Source: an uncultured euryarchaeote
Lineage (GTDB): Archaea; Thermoplasmatota; Poseidoniia; Poseidoniales; Poseidoniaceae
Direction of reading: 5' to 3'
DNA length: 64,000 nucleotides
Assembly (NCBI GenBank): GCA_937899865.1
Contig: CALBRH010000044.1
Location: 4,691 to 68,690 of the forward strand
The position numbers and the translations under genes are program-made. The notes beneath the pieces were generated by a model that saw nothing but the letters and a program-made list of their open reading frames with translations, searched no databases and had not been told where the DNA came from. Positions 9,895 to 20,140 of this stretch are shown piece by piece; position 1 is the stretch's first letter; the number at the start of each line of letters is the position of its first letter.

Positions 9895-11219
9895 TGGCTG
9901 ACAAGACCAACACAATTTTTCGTGCTTTAGACCGTAAGGCATCAGCAATTACAGAATTTACCATGCGACAATATCGTACAAAGATTTCAACTTGGGTTGT
10001 ATTGATTACTGGGTTAGTAGTAATCAGCTTGCTAATGTTGTTCTATGTTGATGCAATGCAACGAGATTTCGAAGCGATTGATAATGATGGAGATTCAGTA
10101 GATTCAGATGGTGATTTGTATCCCGATGGCCAAGAAAGAGCCCTTGGAACTAGTCCATTTAATGAGCTTGACCATCCTGGAAATTTTGTTCCACCAATTC
10201 CTCCTGACGACCCTGAAAAATGGATAAATGAGGATGACTTTGATTGGGATGAATCGCCGACTGGGACTCGGTCAGTTAGTGTTGGGTATGACGATGATGG
10301 AGATTGTCGAGCAGAAGATAGAACCCAATCACAAAAAGATACCAATGACAACGGAATTGAGTGTGACATTGAATTATCACTCTCACTAACTGGGAACTTT
10401 AGATATGATGCAGATAACTATGTTGATGAAGATCCAGATGATGAAGCATATGCTAAGGAAGCATTACATCGAGCATCTATATTGGGTATTGGGAAACTTG
10501 GTTTTGTGTTCATAATTAGCATTTTTATCCCCTTATTCATGGCTACCGGATTGATTAGAGATGAAATGACATCTGGAACTATGCATTATATTCTTACCAA
10601 ACCAATTGCAAGAACTGAAGTTTTCTTTTACCGAATAATCGGTTATCTTGGAATAATTTGGCCATATCTAATTATTTTGACCTTAATTTCAGCCATTGTA
10701 ACAGGTTTTGCAGGTCCAGGGGATTCATTATTCCGATTTTCTGAATTTGGTATTTGGTTAGCAATTTTGTTTGCTGCAATGATGGCGACATTAGTCTATG
10801 GTATGCTATTTTGTTTCTTAGGCGTAATGTGGCGTTATGGGATAATTTTAGCGATTCCATTTGCTGCATGGGAGCTAGGTATGGCCTTACTCTCAATGGG
10901 TGTTCCAGAATCACCGATTTTGCGATTTTCAGTTATTGGGTGGGCATTGATAATCGTAGATTCTGCAAGCATGATTGTGTGGCCAGACATGGCACTTCTA
11001 ATCAATTCTGGATTCTCTGTTGAAGGTGGCGATTCATTTGGTTTTGAGCGTGAGGAGTTAATCGGTTCAGAACCACTTCAATATTTCTTTGCAACACCTG
11101 GATTAGGTGATATGAGTCCATTTTTATCGATGATTATTGCAACTGTAGTTTTACTTATTCAAGCCACTGCATTATTATTCCTTGGTGGTGCAATATTCAA
11201 AGGGAAGGAAATTGAATGA
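9894..11219 (+). CDS. membrane protein, probable ABC-2-type permease with a large acidic Ca-binding-like first loop
   Basis: TGATG overlap with the upstream ATPase. One N-terminal TM, then a loop of about 135 aa (DNDGDSVDSDGDLYPDG..GTSPFNELD..DDDGDC), then multiple TM helices. Confidence 0.5.
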   Translation: MADKTNTIFRALDRKASAITEFTMRQYRTKISTWVVLITGLVVISLLMLFYVDAMQRDFEAIDNDGDSVDSDGDLYPDGQERALGTSPFNELDHPGNFVPPIPPDDPEKWINEDDFDWDESPTGTRSVSVGYDDDGDCRAEDRTQSQKDTNDNGIECDIELSLSLTGNFRYDADNYVDEDPDDEAYAKEALHRASILGIGKLGFVFIISIFIPLFMATGLIRDEMTSGTMHYILTKPIARTEVFFYRIIGYLGIIWPYLIILTLISAIVTGFAGPGDSLFRFSEFGIWLAILFAAMMATLVYGMLFCFLGVMWRYGIILAIPFAAWELGMALLSMGVPESPILRFSVIGWALIIVDSASMIVWPDMALLINSGFSVEGGDSFGFEREELIGSEPLQYFFATPGLGDMSPFLSMIIATVVLLIQATALLFLGGAIFKGKEIE

Positions 11220-12421
11220 TTGAATCCATGGATAAATTCGCTGGAGATTTATCCAGAATGTGGAAGTTGCAAGAGCGACCACCGTTGCACCATTTGACTT
11301 GGGATTGGTGGTGGTGGCTATTGATGCTAGATGATGATCAAGGTAATCCAAGCGGTAAACAATTGATGGTTTTGTGGTCAACCAAAGATAATCCTAAAGT
11401 CATGGTCAGTGGGACTGAGTGGACTCCTAAAGGTAGACCAGGATTCGATGAAAACGGGGGCATTTCACTTGATGGGATGGTATGTGCTTGGTGGTTTGAT
11501 GGCAAAAGGATGTATGAACCATATATCAAGAAAAAATGTCGTATGATAGTTGTCGATGATCAACACCCATCTTGGCCAAAGAAATCATCAAATTCAGGTG
11601 AAGGAGGCGGCGCAGTTGTTCCATTAACCGATGAAGATATGTCAATGGGACTAAAGAGTGATTTGAGTGAATTTTGGCTAAATTTACACACTAATGAATT
11701 TCCTCAAGATGCTAATGTTCCAAAGAAAATGGAATTCAAATTGACACCATGGAATAATGCTATGTCAACCGCAAGACATGCTACAGCAACCTATGCTATG
11801 GATATGGGCTATGATATTTTGCGGCTTCATGGTTGTAAGGTGTCAGGGGTTCTCGATGATGAAGCGATTAAAGGCACTGCATACTTTCAGAAAGTCTGCG
11901 TTCAAGCTCCTTCTGTGCCTTGGTATTGGGGCATGTTACACCTTAGCGATGGCTCTTACATAGACTGGTTTCTGCCTCATTTGAGCATGACTATAACTTC
12001 AAGAGATAATCAACCATGGAAGAAACGTGATTTAGGTCATATGAGTTTGTCTCAGGGTGGTCTATTTCATGATGTTATTTCTGGTGAAAGTATTCCTTTC
12101 AAGAATGTTAGAGTTGAAAAATACGCTAGCGATTCTGTTGAAGGAGAGCATGGAGCTACTCCGGGCAGTAATCTACCAGGATTCAAAATTGAAATGTGGA
12201 CAGAAACGATTCGAATAAATATCGATGTTGAAGCAATTGATAGAGCACACTGGGCTTTTGAACAACCAACAATTGGTGGTCTAGTATCTAATTTCACATA
12301 TAACGAATACCCGCTTCGAGTAAAATCATTATCAATAAATGATGGCAAGGGAACTCGTAATCTTAGCGATTATGATTGGGCTAGAGGTAATGCTGAACAT
12401 TCATGGGGTATTTTACATTGA
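11216..12421 (+). CDS. hypothetical soluble protein, possibly AttH/CrtC-like beta-barrel family
   Basis: ATGA overlap makes it the last gene of the ABC operon. Trp-rich N-terminal motif TWDWWWWLLMLDD and later GTAYFQK...VPWYWGMLHLSDGSYIDWF resemble the EWWY / W-W...DG pattern of that family. Assignment is tentative. Confidence 0.35.
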   Translation: MIESMDKFAGDLSRMWKLQERPPLHHLTWDWWWWLLMLDDDQGNPSGKQLMVLWSTKDNPKVMVSGTEWTPKGRPGFDENGGISLDGMVCAWWFDGKRMYEPYIKKKCRMIVVDDQHPSWPKKSSNSGEGGGAVVPLTDEDMSMGLKSDLSEFWLNLHTNEFPQDANVPKKMEFKLTPWNNAMSTARHATATYAMDMGYDILRLHGCKVSGVLDDEAIKGTAYFQKVCVQAPSVPWYWGMLHLSDGSYIDWFLPHLSMTITSRDNQPWKKRDLGHMSLSQGGLFHDVISGESIPFKNVRVEKYASDSVEGEHGATPGSNLPGFKIEMWTETIRINIDVEAIDRAHWAFEQPTIGGLVSNFTYNEYPLRVKSLSINDGKGTRNLSDYDWARGNAEHSWGILH

Positions 12422-12486
12422 ATCCTAACGCTTGAGGGCAACATTCATTTGGGATAAGGCACTAAAGATATAATAGAGGGACTATC

Positions 12487-13500
12487 ATGACCGACGAAGA
12501 AACTACTCAAGATGTGAAAGCAAGCGAGGAATTGGAGTCTAAGAATGCTGAAAACTTAGCAAATAAATTCCGCTTGATTGCAGGTGAAGAAATTCACATG
12601 ACAAAGAAGCCAAGTATTTTTGCATTTGTTGGAATGTATGGCTTAGGTATTCTTGTTTTAGGGCTACATTTTATGTTTGGAAGAGCCGATACTCTTGGAG
12701 AAGATTCCGAAGGAATTATGGCGCTAATTTACGCATTTATCGACTTAACAACCAGTGACACAATGTCATTCAGTTTCATACTGGTTATGTTATTCGTAAC
12801 TTGGATGAACCGATTGCTAAACACTTCAACTTCTGGAAAGTGGGTTACAATTTGGTTATTATTAGTATCATTTACACCACTGATTATTCAAATTGATGAT
12901 TTCATTTTCTTTATTACTGACCTATTCGGTGAAGGAAAAGGCGATTTCATCGGTATTGACTACAACTTTTACCTGTTTGGTATAGCTTATACAGGCTTGT
13001 TTTTTGCACTTACTATTTACTACCAAAACAGTTTCCATTACGCAATTACATCAGATGCAGTGATCTTCGAACACAGTTTCTTACTATCGAGATCTCATCG
13101 CAGAATTCTATTCGATAGAATCTCTGAAGTAATAGTTGAGCGAACTCCAGTTGGTACAGTTTTCGGATATGCTACTGTTTCAATCCTAACCGATTCGGGT
13201 GTAGGTATAGTCGATGAAACAATGGGTGCTGCTGGAGCAGTGAACATGCCTGGTACTGCTGAAAATTCTGATGATACAGCAGCAGAAAAGGCAAAGAAAT
13301 CATTCCTTCGTTCATTTGTTGGGATTTTGACATATCAAAGAACAATTCGAACTGTTAGGCCAGACCCTAAGCACTGTTTCTATTCGGTAAGAAATTGGGA
13401 TAAGTGCAAAATGTTGCTTAATGAGATGCATAAAAAGCATAGCCAATCTAACTTACTAAGCGACTTAAAAGATTCTATTTCATCAAACAATGACGCTTGA
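12487..13500 (+). CDS. membrane protein with bacterial-PH (YdbS/YdbT-like) domain
   Basis: Several TM helices followed by ITSDAVIFEHSFLLSRSHRRILFDRISEVIVERTPVGTVFGYATVSILT, a bPH_2-like pattern. Confidence 0.45.
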   Translation: MTDEETTQDVKASEELESKNAENLANKFRLIAGEEIHMTKKPSIFAFVGMYGLGILVLGLHFMFGRADTLGEDSEGIMALIYAFIDLTTSDTMSFSFILVMLFVTWMNRLLNTSTSGKWVTIWLLLVSFTPLIIQIDDFIFFITDLFGEGKGDFIGIDYNFYLFGIAYTGLFFALTIYYQNSFHYAITSDAVIFEHSFLLSRSHRRILFDRISEVIVERTPVGTVFGYATVSILTDSGVGIVDETMGAAGAVNMPGTAENSDDTAAEKAKKSFLRSFVGILTYQRTIRTVRPDPKHCFYSVRNWDKCKMLLNEMHKKHSQSNLLSDLKDSISSNNDA

Positions 13501-14074
13501 ACAAAGCGAGTCATTCAATAACCCAAACCTCTCCGCCACAAATACTGGAGTCATGAATATGAGTGAAGAGATTCTACAACCCGCAATTGAAAAATTTTCA
13601 GAAGGTGACCTTGAAGGTGCAGTCCAAATGCTTGATGAAATGTGTAAGTCAAACAAAGATGTTGCCGCAGTACATCACACATATGCAGAATTTGCTAATA
13701 TGCTGAATGTAGAGGCCCAAGATGATATTATCCCTGGTGGTAAAATTATGATGGCATACAAGAAAGCCATGAATCTTGATGAAGAAAACGATGAATACAT
13801 TGTAGACTTTGCAGATTTCGCATTAGAATGCCGAAGAATTCCACAGGCCATTAAAGAATACGAAAGATATGCTCGTAGACTTGAGTTAGCTGACATTCCA
13901 ATCGATGATAGACTTTACATGGCTGCAAGAAATCTAGTAGATGCAATAGAAGTGGTCGATCCAACAAAGTCTAATCCACAAGTTATGCCTTGGTTAAAAT
14001 CTGCAATTAAGTGGTCAGTTGGCGGGCTTGGATACTCCCCGGAAGAAGCGTCTTCTTTACTACTTGAGGAATAA
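13490..14074 (+). CDS. hypothetical soluble helical (TPR-like) protein
   Basis: 194-aa ORF overlapping the upstream stop by 11 nt. No recognisable catalytic motif. Confidence 0.35.
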   Translation: MTLEQSESFNNPNLSATNTGVMNMSEEILQPAIEKFSEGDLEGAVQMLDEMCKSNKDVAAVHHTYAEFANMLNVEAQDDIIPGGKIMMAYKKAMNLDEENDEYIVDFADFALECRRIPQAIKEYERYARRLELADIPIDDRLYMAARNLVDAIEVVDPTKSNPQVMPWLKSAIKWSVGGLGYSPEEASSLLLEE

Positions 14075-14079
14075 GTGGT

Positions 14080-14997
14080 ATGATGTCTGAGCGAGTTCGC
14101 CTCGCCTTTACAATTGGTTATATTGGCAAACATTTTCATGGAAGCCAAATACAACCAGATGTGAAAACTGTTCAAGGTGAGTTAATTCGTGTTTTTCGAC
14201 AATTGAAGTGGTTAGAAAATAATGATTCAGGGCACAACTTGGTGTTGTCGAGTCGTACTGATGCTGGTGTTAATGTTAGAAGGAATGGCGGAGTAGTGAC
14301 TATTGAGAAGACATTATGGGATTCATTGAATCGAAGAAAAATGGTTAGGGCAGTTGATGATCGATTACCAGATGACATCGTATTTCTTGACGTCAAAGAA
14401 GTTGATGATGACTGGAATCCAAGAATGGCATCGCATAGAGTTTATCGATACCGTCTTGAAGGGATACAAGGTTGGAAATATTCTGAAGAAAAATTTCAGA
14501 ACTGGTTAGATTTGTTTGTTGGTACTTACGACGCTAGAAACTTTGCAAGATTAGAGGAGGGGAAAAATCCGATTCGTAAGATCTTTTCTTGCACGCCATG
14601 GATTGTGAACGGTAGAGTTGTAGGTTTTGAGATAGTTGGTGAGGCATTTTTGTGGAATCAAGTTAGAAGAACTGCAATGGCGCTATATGGCCTCTCAACA
14701 GGAGAACTTAGCGAACAGCAGATCATTGATGCTATACAACAACCAGAGTCTGCAGTTGATTTTGGTGTCGCTCCACCTGAGTGGCTAATTTTGTGGGATG
14801 TAATTTGGCCTGATTTTGAACATCAAACATCTGATGAAACCGAGTTTTCTTTTACTCCGCCGCCAGAAGATGAGTATCTTGAAAGGACTATGATGAATCG
14901 TTGGCAAATTGGTTCAAAATTAGAAATGGAGTGCATGTTGTTTCATGAATGGTCTAGAATAGGTAAATTGCCCTATATTCCACACGCTTCAAATTAA
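14080..14997 (+). CDS. truA: tRNA pseudouridine synthase A
   Basis: Motifs YIGKHFHGSQIQ and SSRTDAGVNV (catalytic Asp), GEAFLWNQVRR. Confidence 0.85.
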   Translation: MMSERVRLAFTIGYIGKHFHGSQIQPDVKTVQGELIRVFRQLKWLENNDSGHNLVLSSRTDAGVNVRRNGGVVTIEKTLWDSLNRRKMVRAVDDRLPDDIVFLDVKEVDDDWNPRMASHRVYRYRLEGIQGWKYSEEKFQNWLDLFVGTYDARNFARLEEGKNPIRKIFSCTPWIVNGRVVGFEIVGEAFLWNQVRRTAMALYGLSTGELSEQQIIDAIQQPESAVDFGVAPPEWLILWDVIWPDFEHQTSDETEFSFTPPPEDEYLERTMMNRWQIGSKLEMECMLFHEWSRIGKLPYIPHASN

Positions 14998-15456
14998 TTC
15001 TATTGAAACTTCGTCGCCATCTTTTATGGAAAAATGTTCGCGTAAGAATTTTGCTGAAATTATTTCAGCCACATCATAATGTCTTGTTAAATCAGGAATA
15101 AGTACAGCGCAATCGACACTGTCGTCATTGGAGTGGAACTTTGCCTTGAATGCTGTTGCTCCGCCGAATGATACCCCATCTCTAAGAAATCCTCGAATTC
15201 TATTGGCTTCAATGTTATCAATGTCTAAAGATTTAGCTGCTTCGATTAAATCTGTTGATGCATCTAAAGTATCGATGCCAGATTTTAATCTTAAGGCAAT
15301 ATAACTTCGTAGATTTTCATCTGATACTTTCAGGTTTAGAGTTCCTGGCCAAACAGAAGAGCCCATCAAAGATTGAAACTGCTCTTGGTAATGCTTTTGA
15401 GCCATGAATATATGTGCTCTTCCAAGTCCACTACTGACCTTGCCAGTGATGCGCAT
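14989..15456 (-). CDS. ribK: CTP-dependent riboflavin kinase (archaeal type)
   Basis: GKVSSGLGRAHIF...PGTLNLKV pattern typical of the archaeal RibK family. About 155 aa. Confidence 0.8.
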   Translation of the reverse strand: MRITGKVSSGLGRAHIFMAQKHYQEQFQSLMGSSVWPGTLNLKVSDENLRSYIALRLKSGIDTLDASTDLIEAAKSLDIDNIEANRIRGFLRDGVSFGGATAFKAKFHSNDDSVDCAVLIPDLTRHYDVAEIISAKFLREHFSIKDGDEVSIELI

Positions 15457-15553
15457 AGCAGTGCTAAAAACTACTCCTTTTTGACCTTCATGCTTGTAAA
15501 ATAATACAAAAACCCTTCAAGTGTCAGCAGTTGGCAAACAGTAGGTGGAATAA

Positions 15554-16735
15554 ATGCCAGGTGATATGAGTTGGATGAAAGAGCGATATGTTGAGTTGTC
15601 TAATCAATCATTACTTTGGGAACCACCTACTCTCGAAAGTCCAAATCAACCTAGGTGTAATATGGATGGTAAACCAACAATCATGTTATCAGCAAACAAC
15701 TATCTGAATTTGACTACTCATCCAAAAGTGATGAATGCGATGATTGAAGCGACCAAAAAATATGGTGCAGGTAGTGGTAGTGTAAGAGCCATTGCTGGCA
15801 CAATGGATATTCATTTGGCAGCCGAAAAAAAAGTTGCAGAGTTCAAGAAAGTTGAGGCTGCGCTAATTTATTCTGCTGGATATACCGTGAATGTTGGCTT
15901 GATTCCAACCTTGGTTACAGGGAAAGATGATGTCATTATTAGTGATGAATTAAACCATGGATCTATTATTGATGGTGTAAGATTAACTAAAGCCAATCGA
16001 GCAGTATATGCCCATAATGATATGGGTGAATTAGAGGCAGTCCTTGCTGCAAATAAAGATGCAAAACGCAAACTAATCATAACTGATGGAGTATTTTCTA
16101 TGGATGGCGACATTGCTCCATTAGATGAAATCGATAAACTTGCAAAAGAGCACGGTGCTATGGTATATGTTGATGATTGTCATGGTGAGGGCGTTCTTGG
16201 TGAAACAGGTGCAGGAATTGTTGACCATTTTGGCCTTCAAGGCAGCATCGATTTTGAAACAGGTTCATTTTCCAAAGCACTCGGTGTTCAAGGAGGCATT
16301 CTTGCAGGCACAGAAATGACAAGAACTCATGCTCTTAATCATTCAAGGTCATGGTTGCTATCAGGTTCTCAACCTCCAGGTGTTGCCGCAGCACAGAAAG
16401 CTGCAGTTGAAGTACTGATGGAAGAGCCTCAACACCATCAAAAGTTATGGCAAAATACTGATTATTTTAGAAGTGAGTTACAATCTATGGGCTTTGATAC
16501 TGGAGTTTCTACAACTCCAATTATACCAGTTATGTGCGGAGAATCTAGTGTTGCCAAAGATTTCACTGTAGAATTATCTAAGGAAGGTGTTATGGCAGGG
16601 GCAATAGTTTTTCCAATGGTGGCTAGAGATAAAGCTCGAATTAGAACCCAAATGTCATCTGGATTAAGTCGTGATGATTTAGATGAAGTATTGAGGATTT
16701 TTGAACGAGTTGGACCTAAACTTGGATTAGTTTGA
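15554..16735 (+). CDS. kbl: glycine C-acetyltransferase (2-amino-3-ketobutyrate CoA ligase), alpha-oxoamine synthase family
   Basis: NNYLNLTTHP, SGSVRAIAGT, ISDELNHGSIIDG, DDCHGEGVLG, GSFSKALG (PLP Lys). Confidence 0.8.
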   Translation: MPGDMSWMKERYVELSNQSLLWEPPTLESPNQPRCNMDGKPTIMLSANNYLNLTTHPKVMNAMIEATKKYGAGSGSVRAIAGTMDIHLAAEKKVAEFKKVEAALIYSAGYTVNVGLIPTLVTGKDDVIISDELNHGSIIDGVRLTKANRAVYAHNDMGELEAVLAANKDAKRKLIITDGVFSMDGDIAPLDEIDKLAKEHGAMVYVDDCHGEGVLGETGAGIVDHFGLQGSIDFETGSFSKALGVQGGILAGTEMTRTHALNHSRSWLLSGSQPPGVAAAQKAAVEVLMEEPQHHQKLWQNTDYFRSELQSMGFDTGVSTTPIIPVMCGESSVAKDFTVELSKEGVMAGAIVFPMVARDKARIRTQMSSGLSRDDLDEVLRIFERVGPKLGLV

Positions 16736-17353
16736 TTACTCTTCAGAGGTTTCAAAATCATCAACAACAGATTCTATTTCAATATCGATGTTATTTGGTT
16801 CAGCATAGATTTTACTTTCTTCATCTATTTTTTCAATGCCATCAAATGGATTTTTACCATCGTCAATCATGCACAGTAAGCGCCATCTTGGAGCCCAAGA
16901 GAGATGAACATAAAGAGGCCCAGGTAATAGAATCAAAGTCCAAGACAAGAATGGATAAATTGCTATGATATCTGTCCGATTAATTGAAAGTAAGGCAAGA
17001 CCAATAAATGGCATAGGATATAGTATAGTTCTAGGTGGAGAAACTGGTATTCGGCCAGATATTGCAGTGATTAACGTCGAGCAAAGTCCTAAGAAAAAGC
17101 AAGCGGCCATAAGCAATGCACAATGCAATGCCCAATCACTAAGCCAACCAGAATGATCGTCTACAGCAAAGCGATATGGTAAGATAAGTGCTAGAGAGAT
17201 TAGTAGTCCGTAAAATCCACCAATATTTGATGGGTGTGATAACCATAATGGTAGTCTTGCAAATTGCTTAGATAAAGAGGTGCCAAGTAGTGTTTCTTGT
17301 TGGTTTTCAGACAGAGAACCAATCATTAAATCCCAAGAATTAGAATTTGACAC
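16736..17353 (-). CDS. hypothetical membrane protein
   Basis: 205-aa ORF with about 4 hydrophobic helices and an acidic C-terminus. No family recognised. Confidence 0.4.
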   Translation of the reverse strand: MSNSNSWDLMIGSLSENQQETLLGTSLSKQFARLPLWLSHPSNIGGFYGLLISLALILPYRFAVDDHSGWLSDWALHCALLMAACFFLGLCSTLITAISGRIPVSPPRTILYPMPFIGLALLSINRTDIIAIYPFLSWTLILLPGPLYVHLSWAPRWRLLCMIDDGKNPFDGIEKIDEESKIYAEPNNIDIEIESVVDDFETSEE

Positions 17354-17409
17354 AAAACGTCGTGCAGATGCATGGTTATTGAATTAGCAGGGTATATTGA
17401 GGTATTAAG

Positions 17410-18039
17410 TCAATCTTTATTGATTAATTTCGCCAACGGTCCTTCAGCAGTTAACTCCTCTTCATCAAGCCATTTACGCTCAAGTAAACCATAATCCAAA
17501 TTCTCTCTTTCTCTAGCGTCTTCAATAGGGTCTTCAACACCGTTAACTCCATCTCGTAGACTTAAAGCCTGATTTATGATTATTATTTGTTTCATTATTC
17601 GTGGTTTTTTGTTTGAGTGGCTGTAATGACCTATCACTTTGTAATCCTCGAAATCTTCAACTAGATTATATCCTCCAATCAATTCATCTTTGATAATTCT
17701 GATTCTATGCTTTCCTAATTCTTGCCATTCATCGTTGGATAATTTGACATGAACAGTTGCTTTACCAATTGGCTCTTCTTCAACGAATGGATGGTTCATA
17801 TTTACTGCCAGTGGTATTTTTACAAGGGCCATAGTTTCATAGCCAAACAAAGCGAAAATAATTACTGATAATGCTAAACAAATCAGTGATATAAGAATAC
17901 TAAATCCTGCAAATAGTGTTAGAATTAATCCAATTATAGTTGTAGCCGAAGAGACTGCAATGATAATTTGTAATTGGCGCTTGTAAGGTAGGCATAAATC
18001 CAATTTATCAAAAGTAATCAATCCTTTAGGAACTGCCAT
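17410..18039 (-). CDS. hypothetical membrane-anchored protein
   Basis: 209-aa ORF with two N-terminal TM helices and a soluble C-terminal domain. No family recognised. Confidence 0.4.
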   Translation of the reverse strand: MAVPKGLITFDKLDLCLPYKRQLQIIIAVSSATTIIGLILTLFAGFSILISLICLALSVIIFALFGYETMALVKIPLAVNMNHPFVEEEPIGKATVHVKLSNDEWQELGKHRIRIIKDELIGGYNLVEDFEDYKVIGHYSHSNKKPRIMKQIIIINQALSLRDGVNGVEDPIEDARERENLDYGLLERKWLDEEELTAEGPLAKLINKD

Positions 18040-18178
18040 CTATCCGACTCAATACCAAAATGGAATTAAGACTTTTTAATGCATGTTGGAAATCAATCAT
18101 ATTGATACAAAACGCCTCATTAAGCATAATTTCTTCCGCATCTTTGAAGAACACAAAGACAAGGCTGACAATTAAGGG

Positions 18179-20140
18179 GTGATATTTTTGGTAGAATTGC
18201 CACAAGGCGTAGTAATTGAAGTACGACGCGGTGGACATGATGCCTTAGCAAAATTGTCAGGCGATATGACTCGTCTAGGCATTTCAGGATATATCAGAAT
18301 AGAACGACGACCAAAGGAACTAATTCCAAGGGTAAGTCAAGTAGTAATCCATGATAGTCAACCTAAATTAGCAATTCATGAATCTGATGTAGTAATCGGT
18401 GGACTTGAGGCTTTATTGGAGATAGAGCGAGATTCTACTGCCCTTGATGCATTGATTTCATTGGTAGAACTCCAAGACGATGATCTCATTCGCATAATCA
18501 ACCTTTATCCAGACTTTACACTTACAACAGAGGCTCAGAAATCAGAGCAAAACAAAGATGATTGGTGGAATTATGTTCAATTAAGTTCCAGTAGTTGGAG
18601 GAGAGAAGCGCGTTTACCCGAGCAAGAAGTAATAGTTGAAGCACCCGAATATATTCGCCAATTAACCAAAGCTAAATTACAGAAATTTGATTTGGGCGAA
18701 AAGCATCTAAATTATGGAGATACATTGCTAAATGATGGTGAAGATGCAGAGAAAGTTCTCAATTTAGCCGGAATTTTAGCATCTCATGGAAGGCCATTAT
18801 TGGTATTTTCACGTCATGATGTGAGAGGCTTATCAGTTAGTTATGATATCCCAATTGCTTCATGTTTGAAAATGACTTCAACTATTTCGGAAAATGCAGT
18901 TTTACCTAATTCAGATGATATTCAAGACAAAATTAGTAATTTTTTATGGGCGAACAAGCAAGCAGTAGTAGTTTTTTCTGACCTGGAATATCTTTTATCA
19001 ATCAACGATTTTAGTTCTGTAATCAATATGTTTAGAAGCATAATTGACCAAGTTCGCGTAGGCGACCATTTGCTACTTGTGCATTGTAATTTAGAGGTAA
19101 TGAATGATAGACAAAGACATATGTTTGTTAGAGAATTCGAGACAATAAGTACTGCGTATCTTGAAAATTTAATTTTAGATGGAGAGTCATTGTTAGACCA
19201 TCCAATTTGTATAGAGTTATCAGAAGAAGAATTGTCTTGGATTGAGCAACAAATAAAATTTTCAAATAACGATCAAGTTGATGGTACAGATTATGAAGTA
19301 ATATCAGGGGGCGCCAGTAGTATTGCTGATGAAGATATTTCGGAAGCAAAAGATAAGTTGAATCAATTGGTTGATGAGTGGCAGGCTCCAGCAATTGACT
19401 CGCCACAACCTATTCAATCCCAAACTAGCGATTCAAAAAGCAATGAATTGTTGACAAATATTGTCGAAAAAGCATTTTCTGCGGCAATTGAGGTAGTCGA
19501 AGAAGAGGTTCAAACAAGTGATGAACTTATTGTTCAGTCTGTCGAACAGACCAAACTGGAAAAGCCGGTAAAGAAAGTTGTTCAAAAGGTTAAATCTCCA
19601 AGAATTGCCTTGCGAGTAAAACGTGCTAAGAGGCCTAAAGCAACTAAATCAAATGCATTTACCGCTTCTGAAGCTACGGCTGCGGCAATAAATAGAAAAG
19701 TCGAATTGCCAGATATTAATCATGTCACAAAAATCAAATCTCATCGTCAAGCAATCGATACAGATCTAAGCCAAAGGTCAGTGAAGATGGATGATGCTCT
19801 AAAAAATATGCTAACTAGTAGCCGTCGCAAAAAGTCTAGAGAAATTTCTCAAGCACTGAATCAAAATGCGCAAAAAGCTGCTAATCAAATGCCTACGATT
19901 AAGTCGAAAAATAATCTACAACTCTCACCTAAGGTTTCCTCTAAATCTGTGGTACATTCCTCAAGTGATATTGCTTCAAGTGACACTTCGAAACGTCGCT
20001 CAAGGGAATCTGCTTCAAGAACTCAAAATAAGGTTGACATTGATAAAAATTATCAAAAGTGGTCGACACAGTATCTAGGTAATAAGAAATTGGATGAAGA
20101 TATTTCGGCAAGCCAATTTATTGTGGAGGAAGAACAATGA
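18179..20140 (+). CDS. hypothetical protein: N-terminal GYIRIE module, DUF835-like (degenerate KaiC/RecA-like) middle, Lys/Ser-rich basic tail
   Basis: GISGYIRIE...GGLEALLEI N-terminal pattern. Middle segment RPLLVFSRHDVRGL...AVVVFSDLEYLLSINDFSSVINMFRSIIDQVRVGDHLLLVHCN resembles the archaeal DUF835 pattern and has no Walker A. C-terminal 200 aa are K/S/R-rich. Start codon is uncertain (GTG at 18179). Confidence 0.45.
   Translation: MIFLVELPQGVVIEVRRGGHDALAKLSGDMTRLGISGYIRIERRPKELIPRVSQVVIHDSQPKLAIHESDVVIGGLEALLEIERDSTALDALISLVELQDDDLIRIINLYPDFTLTTEAQKSEQNKDDWWNYVQLSSSSWRREARLPEQEVIVEAPEYIRQLTKAKLQKFDLGEKHLNYGDTLLNDGEDAEKVLNLAGILASHGRPLLVFSRHDVRGLSVSYDIPIASCLKMTSTISENAVLPNSDDIQDKISNFLWANKQAVVVFSDLEYLLSINDFSSVINMFRSIIDQVRVGDHLLLVHCNLEVMNDRQRHMFVREFETISTAYLENLILDGESLLDHPICIELSEEELSWIEQQIKFSNNDQVDGTDYEVISGGASSIADEDISEAKDKLNQLVDEWQAPAIDSPQPIQSQTSDSKSNELLTNIVEKAFSAAIEVVEEEVQTSDELIVQSVEQTKLEKPVKKVVQKVKSPRIALRVKRAKRPKATKSNAFTASEATAAAINRKVELPDINHVTKIKSHRQAIDTDLSQRSVKMDDALKNMLTSSRRKKSREISQALNQNAQKAANQMPTIKSKNNLQLSPKVSSKSVVHSSSDIASSDTSKRRSRESASRTQNKVDIDKNYQKWSTQYLGNKKLDEDISASQFIVEEEQ

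Noticed and set aside
18092-18106. Small palindrome ATCAAT-CAT-ATTGAT upstream of the DUF835-like gene as a dedicated operator
   Set aside because: Only 6-bp AT-rich arms, which are expected by chance in this composition. Kept as a note, not a feature.
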